Assembly (NCBI GenBank): GCA_027452005.1
Contig: DAIDHF010000011.1
Span: 443-64,442, forward strand
Reading direction: 5' to 3'
Origin: Acidimicrobiales bacterium
Lineage (GTDB): Bacteria; Actinomycetota; Acidimicrobiia; Acidimicrobiales; JAKAVM01
DNA: 64,000 nt
Shown: in pieces, positions 24,623 through 32,717 of the stretch
Numbering within the stretch: position 1 is the stretch's first letter
How the letters are laid out: each line of letters begins with the position of its first letter
Translations under genes and position numbers: made by a program
Notes under the pieces: model-generated
The model's database searches: none
The model's input: only the letters and a program-made list of their open reading frames with translations
What the model was told of the DNA's origin: nothing

Positions 24623-24645
24623 AAAATCAATGGGTTGGTGAAAAT

Positions 24646-25557
24646 TTGAACAAATATCCTGGTGGCCGGAGTCAAAAGATTGGGATTGTCGGACTTGGTG
24701 CTATTGGGCGTCCGGTAGCTGACAACGTTGCCCGGGCCGGACATCACGTGGTCGTGACTGACAAAGATCCTCGAGCCATTGCCGGTCTTTCAGACCAGGT
24801 GCTTGTAGTCAATAGCGCCCGGGAACTCGGGTTCTTGAGTGAGATCTGCCTGGTATCGGTGGTCAACGAAGCCCAGGTCTTAGATGTAATTTGTGGCCCA
24901 GACGGTATCTTGGCGGCCGACTTGCTCCCAAGGTTCATTGTGGTCCTATCCACAATTTCCCCGACAGTCTTGGAGGACTTATATTCGAAGACGAGAGAGC
25001 GTGGATGTAAGTTGATCGACTGTGCCGTGTCAGGGGGTCCGTCAGCTGCCCACAGTGGTGAGTTGGTTTCAATGGTAGGTGGCGACCGAGAGGACCTGGA
25101 CTCTATAGGGGCTATTGTAGAGTGCTTTTCTAGCCGGGTAATCCATATGGGACCGCTGGGAAGTGGGCTACGTGCAAAGTTAGCCAGAAACCTTATTCAA
25201 TATGGCTCGTGGCTTGCTGCATACGAGGGGCAACTAGTCGCTCAGGCCGCTGGGATACCTCTGGCCAAACTTGCCCTGGCTGTTAGGGAGAGTGACGCCA
25301 AAATTGGTGGGGCATCGGCCCTTATGATTCGTGACACGGCAGATCCATTTGATGAGGGCGACGATCCAGCACTTGTTCAAGCAATGGCTTTAGGATTTGA
25401 ACTCGCAGACAAAGATCTCAGAGCAATTATAGACCTGGGAGACCAACTAGGAGTAGCTACCCCCGTGGCCCGAATGACTCACGATTTTGTATTCCAGATC
25501 TTTGGGGAGCCTTACCTTGGGGGCCGCAGCTCGCCAGAAAGTACGAATCTGCAGTGA
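24646..25557 (+). CDS. NAD(P)-dependent 3-hydroxyisobutyrate/6-phosphogluconate dehydrogenase-like oxidoreductase
   Basis: Rossmann motif 'KIGIVGLGAIGRPVADNVARAGHHVVVTD'. 303 aa, TTG start. Confidence 0.8.
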   Translation: MNKYPGGRSQKIGIVGLGAIGRPVADNVARAGHHVVVTDKDPRAIAGLSDQVLVVNSARELGFLSEICLVSVVNEAQVLDVICGPDGILAADLLPRFIVVLSTISPTVLEDLYSKTRERGCKLIDCAVSGGPSAAHSGELVSMVGGDREDLDSIGAIVECFSSRVIHMGPLGSGLRAKLARNLIQYGSWLAAYEGQLVAQAAGIPLAKLALAVRESDAKIGGASALMIRDTADPFDEGDDPALVQAMALGFELADKDLRAIIDLGDQLGVATPVARMTHDFVFQIFGEPYLGGRSSPESTNLQ

Positions 25558-27020
25558 CTCTAGGACTCGACAAGAACAGGATGCTCATAAATGGTCAGCT
25601 CGCCAGGTCTAGTTCCCACGAGGTTTTCCAGTCAATCAACCCGGCCACCGAGGAGATTATCGGTGCGGTCCCGAATGGAACCCACGAGGATCTGGACAGG
25701 GCGATTAGGGCAGCTAGGGTTGCTTTTGACCGGTCAAGGTGGTCGGAGGACCGAGAATTCAGGATCAGGTGTATCCGCCAGCTTAAGAGTGGACTTGATA
25801 AATATCGTGACACACTACGAGATCTCACAGTTCAAGACGTCGGGTCACCAATTTCCATGACCAGACATGCTCAGCTAGATGATCCGATTGAGTCGTTGGA
25901 GTGGGTTGCCAAACTAGCCGAAGGCTACGGTTGGGAACGTGACCTTGGGGTGGCAAGACCTCTCGGGATCTCTTCCAGGCGGGTCGTAATAAAGGAGCCG
26001 GTCGGGGTGGTAGGGGCGATAACCCCCTGGAACGTTCCCCATCAGGTAAACCTGGCCAAGGTTGGTCCGGCCTTGGCGGCTGGAAACACGGTGGTCCTCA
26101 AATCAGCTCCGGAGACCCCACTGTGTGCTAGTGCCCTAGCTCAGATCGCAAACGAAGAGACTGAAATCCCAGCCGGGGTCCTCAACATCGTTACCTCGGC
26201 AAGGCCTGAACTTGGAGCCCAACTGGTTGGTGACCCGAGGGTGGACATGGTCTCATTTACCGGATCCACACTGACCGGACAGAAAGTAATGGCCAATGCC
26301 GCAGGAACCTTGAAGAAGATCTTCTTGGAATTAGGGGGGAAGTCGGCCTGTGTCATCCTCGACGACGCGGACATTGAGATGGCCACGATGGTGGCAGCCT
26401 TTACCGTGTGCACTCATGCTGGCCAGGGTTGTGCAATAACGACCCGGTTAATAGCACCCAGGTTAATCTTTGACGAGGTTGTCGAGGCCACTCGGCAATA
26501 CATGGCGCGGCTTCCAGCCCAAGATCCGACCTTGGAGAGTACGATCTGTGGGCCGGTTATCTCAGACAGACAACGCCGACGGATTGAAGGATATCTGGAT
26601 CTGGCCCGAAAAGACGGGGCTATATTTGTGCTCGGTGGCGATCGACCAGCTCGCCCCGAGACCGGATTTTTCGTAGAACCTACCCTCCTCGTGGGCATTG
26701 ACCCAAGATCACGAGTCGTCCAAGAAGAGATATTCGGGCCCGTCCTAGTGGCTTATGCCCATGATGGAGACCAAGACGCGATAGATCTGGCCAATTCGAC
26801 CCCCTATGGGCTTTCGGCGTCGGTCTGGAGTTCGGATCTAGATCGGGCCATGACGGTCGCCCGAGGAATCAGATCTGGCACCGTGTCAGTCAACGGTGGA
26901 CTTTGGTACTCTCCCGACGTACCATTTGGTGGGTACAAGGCGTCGGGTTTAGGGCGAGAAGGAGGAATAGAAGGTTTTGAGGAGTACCTTGAGACCAAGG
27001 CGATTGCCAGCCCGGGTTAG
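25554..27020 (+). CDS. NAD(P)+-dependent aldehyde dehydrogenase
   Basis: 'FLELGGKSA' and the catalytic Cys region 'THAGQGCAITTR'. It also has 'ITPWNVP' and 'EEIFGPV'. 4-nt overlap with the upstream gene. Confidence 0.9.
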   Translation: MTLGLDKNRMLINGQLARSSSHEVFQSINPATEEIIGAVPNGTHEDLDRAIRAARVAFDRSRWSEDREFRIRCIRQLKSGLDKYRDTLRDLTVQDVGSPISMTRHAQLDDPIESLEWVAKLAEGYGWERDLGVARPLGISSRRVVIKEPVGVVGAITPWNVPHQVNLAKVGPALAAGNTVVLKSAPETPLCASALAQIANEETEIPAGVLNIVTSARPELGAQLVGDPRVDMVSFTGSTLTGQKVMANAAGTLKKIFLELGGKSACVILDDADIEMATMVAAFTVCTHAGQGCAITTRLIAPRLIFDEVVEATRQYMARLPAQDPTLESTICGPVISDRQRRRIEGYLDLARKDGAIFVLGGDRPARPETGFFVEPTLLVGIDPRSRVVQEEIFGPVLVAYAHDGDQDAIDLANSTPYGLSASVWSSDLDRAMTVARGIRSGTVSVNGGLWYSPDVPFGGYKASGLGREGGIEGFEEYLETKAIASPG

Positions 27021-27091
27021 GGAGTTCTCGCTAGTTGCCCCGATCTTCGGGAATAACTAGCACCTACCGGGAACTTTCAGAAAGGTGAACT

Positions 27092-27502
27092 GTGAATACC
27101 ATAGATAACTCCAGCCAAAAGCGTGAGCGCGGACTTGCAAAAATGAACCAGGTTTACGGGTTCAATGTCCAGCCCGAGCACGTTACGGGAAAATATATGG
27201 AGATGACTGTTGATCATCTCTTCGGGGAGATCTGGACAGATGAGACTATCGGTATAAGAGATAGACGCCTTATAACCATAGGGGTACTGGGAGCCCTTGG
27301 TCATTTTGATCTTCTGGGAGTCCAAATCAAGTCCGGGCTTGCCCGGGGTGAGTTTGACCAAGACTTCGTCCGAGCTATGTGCGTTCATCTGGCCCATTAT
27401 GCTGGTTGGCCCCGATCTACTGGGATAAACCAGGCCTTTGAGGCCGCCCTGGCGGAACATGCGAGTTTGTTCAAGGACGATGCAACCGGGCAACAGTCAT
27501 GA
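27092..27502 (+). CDS. Carboxymuconolactone decarboxylase (CMD/AhpD-like) family protein
   Basis: 'RDRRLITIGVLGALGHFDLLGVQIKSGLARGEFDQDFVRAMCVHLAHYAGWP' fits the CMD-family helix pattern. GTG start. Confidence 0.75.
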   Translation: MNTIDNSSQKRERGLAKMNQVYGFNVQPEHVTGKYMEMTVDHLFGEIWTDETIGIRDRRLITIGVLGALGHFDLLGVQIKSGLARGEFDQDFVRAMCVHLAHYAGWPRSTGINQAFEAALAEHASLFKDDATGQQS

Positions 27503-28263
27503 CTAACCTTGGGTGGGATTTTTCAGGGAAAGTGGCGATTGTCACCGGTGCTGGTGGCGGGATTGGCCGGGCGTACGCCCTCGGACTTGCCCGCGCAGGA
27601 GCGCAGGTCGTGGTTGCCGATATCGACCAGCGGGCTTGCGAGCTGGTTGCTCAGGAGATCTTGTCACAGGATCTTGAGGCCAAAGCCGTGGAAGTTGATA
27701 TCTCAAACCCCGACTCGGTTACTCGGATGGTAGGAATCACCCAGGAGGTCTTTGGTGGCGTCGACCTATTAGTAAACAACGCGGCCATCTTTGGAGACAT
27801 GAAGCTTGACTTCCTAATTACTGTCGACCTTGACTATCTAAAAGGGTTTCTTGACGTGAACCTTCTAGGTGCCCTGCTATGTGTGAGGGCCACCTATAAG
27901 GCCATGGAGAGCCGGGGTGGAGGAGCCATTGTGAATCAGTCTTCCACGGCCGCTTATCTGTACTCTGGCTACTACGGCCTAGCCAAGGCAGCGATCAACT
28001 CACTCACCCAACAACTGGCTAACGAACTAGGATCCATGAACATCCGGGTAAACGCGATTGCACCCGGTCCAACCTTGACCGAAGCGTCGGCCAAGGTCGT
28101 TCCACCGGACTACATGCAATCTCTGGTCCATTCACTGGCCCTGCCAAGGCAGGGTCTCCCCGAAGATCTGGTCGGGATGTGTTTGTTCCTGCTCTCAGAC
28201 CAGGCCAGTTGGATTACTGGACACATCTTCAACGTTGACGGTGGTCAAGTCATGAGGCCCTAG
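27499..28263 (+). CDS. SDR-family oxidoreductase
   Basis: 'VTGAGGGIGRAYA', 'NNAA', 'YGLAKAAINSL' (YxxxK). 4-nt overlap with the CMD gene. Confidence 0.85.
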   Translation: MTNLGWDFSGKVAIVTGAGGGIGRAYALGLARAGAQVVVADIDQRACELVAQEILSQDLEAKAVEVDISNPDSVTRMVGITQEVFGGVDLLVNNAAIFGDMKLDFLITVDLDYLKGFLDVNLLGALLCVRATYKAMESRGGGAIVNQSSTAAYLYSGYYGLAKAAINSLTQQLANELGSMNIRVNAIAPGPTLTEASAKVVPPDYMQSLVHSLALPRQGLPEDLVGMCLFLLSDQASWITGHIFNVDGGQVMRP

Positions 28264-28305
28264 ACCATGTTGCGCCTGGTAGGTACTACCTAGCAAGATT
28301 GTACG

Positions 28306-29994
28306 GTGCGTCGTCTTCTAATGGTCGGGTTATTTACCGGGACAACTCTGTGCTGGTTTCTTGTGGGGGCCAACCCGATTGGTATGAACGTGGGCGCCTT
28401 GACCACGCCGAGGTCTCTAACAATTCATCCCGGGGCCGCCTCTACTTTGAGTTCAACCACTACTCAGGCCTCGGGACAGTACTATCTGGCCCTGGGTGAC
28501 TCGTTGGCTTATGGATACCAACCCAACTCTGTCCCGGCAACCCAGGGTTATGTAAATGACACCTACCTGGCCGAGCAGGCCAACTTTCCGGGACTCTCAC
28601 TTGAGAATCTGGGCTGTCCCGGTGAGACAACCACGTCACTAATCTCAGGGGGGATCTGTGCGTATTCGACCGGAAACCAGTTGGCTCAGGCCGAGTCGTT
28701 CTTGTCGGCAAATCCTGGCAAGGTAGCTTTTATCACCCTGGACATTGGGGCTAATGACGTAGATGGTTGTATCGGCTCTTCAGGAATTGACCTGAACTGC
28801 TTTCAGTCTGGCCTCAAGACGGTTGCCAGCAATCTCCCGAAGATTCTTGAAGGACTGAGGTCTTCAGCCGGGCCAAGTGTTCCGATCATCGGGGTCAACT
28901 ACTACGACTCCTTCTTAGGTCTTTGGGTAACCGGGGCAGCAGGTCAGTCCTTTGCCAAACAGTCTCTAGTGGGCCTGGAGATCTTGAATGGGACCATCGA
29001 CAATATATTTGGATCAAACGGGGATCTTGTTTCTGATACGGCTTCAGCTTTTGACACCAACGTAGTGTCCACAACCGATACCTACAACGGCCAGACGGTT
29101 CCCGTTGACGTCTATAACGTGTGCACGCTTACCTGGATGTGTTCTCAGGGCAATATTCACGCCAACACGGCCGGATACAAGGTTATGGCTGACCGCCTTG
29201 AGACGACAATCTCGCAGGCTCTTGGTTCGACTGGTATCAATCAGCCATCAGGTTGGTTGATCACGGGAGCTGGTCAGGTGCTGGGAATAGACCAGACCCC
29301 GACCTACGGGGACCTGACCTCAATTGCTCACAACGGCCCGGTCGTCTCAATTGCCTCCAGCGTTGATCACGCCGGTTACTGGTTGGCAGGTTACCACGGA
29401 GGTGTATTTGCATTCGGCGACGCTCACTTTTATGGATCTGGGTCAGATATAAATCTCGCAGGTCCCGTTGTAGCAATAGCACCATCTGGCGACGGGAACG
29501 GGTACTGGTTGGTAACCTCTCTGGGAGGGGTGTACTCCTTTGGTGATGCTGGCTTTTTTGGTTCTCAGGCGGGGCTGCCCATGTGGGGGACGGTGGCCAG
29601 CTTTGAGCCCACCCCAGACGGGAACGGGTACTGGATGGTGACCACCTTGGGCGAGGTAATAACATTTGGTGACGCTCAAAACTACGGATCTGACTTGGGG
29701 GCGATCGTCGGGACCGTAACCGGGTTTGCATGTACCCCAGACGGGAACGGTTACTGGTTTATTACCTCGGCTGGCTACGTGTACAGTTTTGGCCAGGCCA
29801 CCTACCATGGCGGTCCCGGACCGGGAGTTCAAAATGGCACCCCAGAAATCTACGCGATTGACGCAAGCTATTACCAGGGGGGGTACTGGGCAGTAACGTC
29901 CCAGGGGAACCCGGTAGCCTATGGCCCGGCCCCCAAGCTAATGGCGGTTCAAATACCGCTCCAAACTCCGCTTGTTGGGGCTATGCTTTTCTAA
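28306..29994 (+). CDS. Secreted SGNH/GDSL hydrolase with C-terminal GYW repeats
   Basis: Signal-like N-terminus. SGNH block I '[13 protein letters not shown]' and block III '[10 protein letters not shown]'. From residue ~316 onward the protein consists of GYW repeats. Confidence 0.8.
   Translation: MRRLLMVGLFTGTTLCWFLVGANPIGMNVGALTTPRSLTIHPGAASTLSSTTTQASGQYYLALGDSLAYGYQPNSVPATQGYVNDTYLAEQANFPGLSLENLGCPGETTTSLISGGICAYSTGNQLAQAESFLSANPGKVAFITLDIGANDVDGCIGSSGIDLNCFQSGLKTVASNLPKILEGLRSSAGPSVPIIGVNYYDSFLGLWVTGAAGQSFAKQSLVGLEILNGTIDNIFGSNGDLVSDTASAFDTNVVSTTDTYNGQTVPVDVYNVCTLTWMCSQGNIHANTAGYKVMADRLETTISQALGSTGINQPSGWLITGAGQVLGIDQTPTYGDLTSIAHNGPVVSIASSVDHAGYWLAGYHGGVFAFGDAHFYGSGSDINLAGPVVAIAPSGDGNGYWLVTSLGGVYSFGDAGFFGSQAGLPMWGTVASFEPTPDGNGYWMVTTLGEVITFGDAQNYGSDLGAIVGTVTGFACTPDGNGYWFITSAGYVYSFGQATYHGGPGPGVQNGTPEIYAIDASYYQGGYWAVTSQGNPVAYGPAPKLMAVQIPLQTPLVGAMLF
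29251..29991 (+). repeat. About six to seven GYW-type protein repeats (coding)
   Basis: '[14 protein letters not shown]', '[22 protein letters not shown]', '[22 protein letters not shown]', '[22 protein letters not shown]', '[22 protein letters not shown]', '[15 protein letters not shown]'. Confidence 0.8.
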
Positions 29995-30014
29995 AGGCAG
30001 AGAATGGAGGCCAG

Positions 30015-31130
30015 GTGAGCAAGATAAGGGTTCTGGTTGGGACTAACAAGGGTGGCTTTGTAATTCGAGGTGACGCCAAACGAGACTCTTGGGAGATCTC
30101 TGGCCCGTTTTTCGAGGGTTGGCAGATCTACCATATGAAGGGATCTCCGGTTGACCCGAACAGGATATACGCGTCACAGTCAACCAGTTGGCACGGCCAG
30201 GTCATGCAGCGGTCCAACGACGGTGGTGAGACCTGGGAAACGGTAGGAAACGAGTTTATCTACGACGGGGTTCCCGGTACGCACCAGTGGTATGACGGGA
30301 CTCCTCACCCGTGGGAGTTTGCCCGGGTGTGGCACATCGAACCCTCCCTGGACGACCCGGACACGCTTTATTGTGGGGTCGAAGATGCCGCCCTTTTCGT
30401 CTCTAGAGACGGAGCCAACACCTGGAAGGAGATGTCGGGCTTTCGAGGGCAGGGAACTGGTTCCAGCTGGACACCGGGTGCTGGGGGGATGTGCCTTCAC
30501 ACCATACTTCTTGACCCAGTAAATCAGGACCGGATGTTTGCAGCCGTTTCTTCAGCCGGGGTCTTTAGGTCCGATGATCGAGGTGAGACCTGGAGGCCCA
30601 TTACCAAAGGCATAAGATCTGAGTTCCTCCCAAACCCAGATGCCGAAATCGGCCACTGTGTGCACCGTATAACCATGAACCCGACCAGGCCCGAGGTATT
30701 GTTTATGCAAAAGCACTGGGACGTAATGCGCAGTGACAACGCCGGTGAGTCCTGGTATGAGATAAGTGGAAACCTGCCAACTGACTTTGGGTTTCCAATA
30801 GCGGTAAGTTCAAACGAGCCAGATACGGTTTTTGTGGTCCCGATAACCAGTGATCTATTTCACGTGCCCCCTGAAGGTAAGCTCCGGGTGTACAGGTCTC
30901 AGGTTGGAGGCAACGACTGGGAGCCGCTCACCAAGGGCCTTCCCCAAGAGCACTGTTACGTCAACGTGCTTAGAGATGCCATGGATGTTGACGAGCTAGA
31001 TTCGTGCGGTGTGTACTTTGGGACGACGGGCGGGCAGGTGTTTATGTCTCCGGACTCTGGAGATACCTGGCAGACCCTAGCTCAAAGCCTCCCGTCTGTA
31101 TTGTCAATAGAGGTTCAAACGATCAGGTAG
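30015..31130 (+). CDS. Cytosolic BNR/Asp-box beta-propeller protein (sialidase-fold-like, no signal peptide)
   Basis: GGAGG then GTG 30015. Asp-boxes '[40 protein letters not shown]'. The N-terminus '[20 protein letters not shown]' is not hydrophobic. Confidence 0.8.
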   Translation: MSKIRVLVGTNKGGFVIRGDAKRDSWEISGPFFEGWQIYHMKGSPVDPNRIYASQSTSWHGQVMQRSNDGGETWETVGNEFIYDGVPGTHQWYDGTPHPWEFARVWHIEPSLDDPDTLYCGVEDAALFVSRDGANTWKEMSGFRGQGTGSSWTPGAGGMCLHTILLDPVNQDRMFAAVSSAGVFRSDDRGETWRPITKGIRSEFLPNPDAEIGHCVHRITMNPTRPEVLFMQKHWDVMRSDNAGESWYEISGNLPTDFGFPIAVSSNEPDTVFVVPITSDLFHVPPEGKLRVYRSQVGGNDWEPLTKGLPQEHCYVNVLRDAMDVDELDSCGVYFGTTGGQVFMSPDSGDTWQTLAQSLPSVLSIEVQTIR

Positions 31131-31139
31131 GGACCGATT

Positions 31140-31499
31140 TTGGTGCAACCATCCAGAGAGTCCAGTGAGGCCACCACGACCACTGCAGAAGAGGCTTTCC
31201 GAGAAGTAACCGTGTGTTTGCCCGGTCATCTGCGTACGTTGGCCAACGTGGGCAAGTATATTACCTTGGGTGTAACAGACCCGGTTACCCCCAGAAGACT
31301 CCTGGACGTTCTTGAAGAACAACTTCCAAGTCTGAGAGGAACAATACGGGACCATGCCACTGGGTGTCGTCGCGCCTACCTCCGTTTTTACGCCTGCGAA
31401 GAAGACATCTCTCATGACTCCCTTGATGAGCCACTGCCACACGATGTAGTGGCGGGCACGGAACCCTTTATTATCATGGGAGCGGTATCGGGGGGATAA
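31140..31499 (+). CDS. MoaD/ThiS-like beta-grasp (ubiquitin-like) protein ending in Gly-Gly
   Basis: The C-terminus is '...EPFIIMGAVSGG*'. The body 'VTVCLPGHLRTLANVGKYITLGV...LRGTIRDHATGCRRAYLRFYACEEDIS' fits the MoaD/ThiS length and pattern. The start is uncertain: TTG 31140 lies 9 nt after the BNR gene, and GTG 31212 would give a ~95-aa protein. Confidence 0.6.
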   Translation: MVQPSRESSEATTTTAEEAFREVTVCLPGHLRTLANVGKYITLGVTDPVTPRRLLDVLEEQLPSLRGTIRDHATGCRRAYLRFYACEEDISHDSLDEPLPHDVVAGTEPFIIMGAVSGG

Positions 31500-31507
31500 A
31501 TTCATTT

Positions 31508-32638
31508 ATGACCTATGCAGTGAGAGCGAGATTAACGTCCGGCTTGAGTACTCCATGTACTCTAGTGCTCTCGTTGGCTTTACTCGCTGGACTAGCCGGA
31601 GGATGTTCAGGCTCTGGTGGTTCCCATCGCTCTCAATCTGGGCGTATTACCGCCAGGTCCAACGAGAACTTGCCGAGTAACTCCAAATCACTACTTTCCC
31701 CGTCGGAGATCGGCGTTACCGTCGGTGGAGGACTCAACTACTCGTTGCCCGGAGCCTTCAAAGCAGTGTCGAAAGCTGGCGTGGGATGGGTTCGGATGAC
31801 TATAGCCTGGAGCTGGGTCGAGCCGGAAAAGGGGAGGTTTGATTTTTCCAAATACGACCTGGCTGTTACCGCTGGGCGTTCGGCCGGGCTTGAGATTTTG
31901 GGCACGCTGGGTCTGGGGGTTCTTTGGGATACGGCAGCTCCACCTGGCGTGTTGGGGAATGAGCGTCTGGACTATCCGCCTAACTCAATGAGTGACTGGA
32001 ATGGCTATGTTAGAAGTACCGTGTCCCATTATAAGAACTCAATTCATTACTGGGAGATATGGAATGAGCCCGATCTGGAGGGATTTTGGCATGGTACCCC
32101 TGGTCAGTATGCAAGGCTGCTGGCCAACTCATACACAGACATCAAGGCGGTAGATCCCAGTGCCCAGGTCTTGTTAGGGGGGCTGTCTCTGGCGGGAACC
32201 CCGGGCCAATATGATCCTGACTTTTTCAGCCAGATCTTGTCTAATAAGGCTTACCCGGCAGGAAAGTTCTTTGACATTGCCAACTTCCATCAGTACGGGA
32301 GTGAGCATGAAGCCCTCATTAGGGATAGCTACGTAAATTCCCAAATGACCCAAATTGGGCTTCATAGGCCAATCTGGGTCACCGAGGTCGGGTACTCCTC
32401 TGACCCTTCCCTTCAAAAGCTCGCGGGATACTCTAAGGGGACTGGCCAAGGCAACCAGGCAGGCTACCTTCGAGACATGGTTGAGTATCTTGAACACGGA
32501 CTTAGAGTAAAGAAGTCATTTTGGTTTTCAATTCAAGATAATCCTAAATTGGGCCCAGAATTTTCTAATTACGGACTCCTTACGTCATCCAATCTGCCCA
32601 AGCAAGCCCTAAAGGAAATTGGACAGCTTGAAAAGTAG
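31508..32638 (+). CDS. Lipoprotein glycoside hydrolase, clan GH-A TIM barrel (GH5/GH39-like)
   Basis: Lipobox 'LAGLAGGCSGS'. Acid/base motif 'HYWEIWNEPD' and nucleophile motif 'IWVTEVGYSS'. Confidence 0.7.
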   Translation: MTYAVRARLTSGLSTPCTLVLSLALLAGLAGGCSGSGGSHRSQSGRITARSNENLPSNSKSLLSPSEIGVTVGGGLNYSLPGAFKAVSKAGVGWVRMTIAWSWVEPEKGRFDFSKYDLAVTAGRSAGLEILGTLGLGVLWDTAAPPGVLGNERLDYPPNSMSDWNGYVRSTVSHYKNSIHYWEIWNEPDLEGFWHGTPGQYARLLANSYTDIKAVDPSAQVLLGGLSLAGTPGQYDPDFFSQILSNKAYPAGKFFDIANFHQYGSEHEALIRDSYVNSQMTQIGLHRPIWVTEVGYSSDPSLQKLAGYSKGTGQGNQAGYLRDMVEYLEHGLRVKKSFWFSIQDNPKLGPEFSNYGLLTSSNLPKQALKEIGQLEK

Positions 32639-32717
32639 CTTGAAAGATGTAATGGGTTTGTTAGGAATCACCCGGCTGTCCTAAAGAAACGGGTAGCTTT
32701 ATTCGATAACTAAGCCA

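Noticed and set aside
27077-27493. A 138-aa minus-strand ORF that fully overlaps the CMD-family gene.
   Set aside because: The plus-strand translation has clear CMD-family helices and is translationally coupled to the downstream SDR gene. The antisense product has no recognisable features.
29261-29832. 156-aa and 129-aa minus-strand ORFs across the GYW-repeat region of the SGNH gene. The similar small ORFs at 35449-35688 lie within the beta-helix gene's repeat region; that one is same-strand, in another frame.
   Set aside because: They are Arg/Pro/Trp-rich translations generated by the repeat periodicity. The sense frames are continuous with well-supported enzyme domains.
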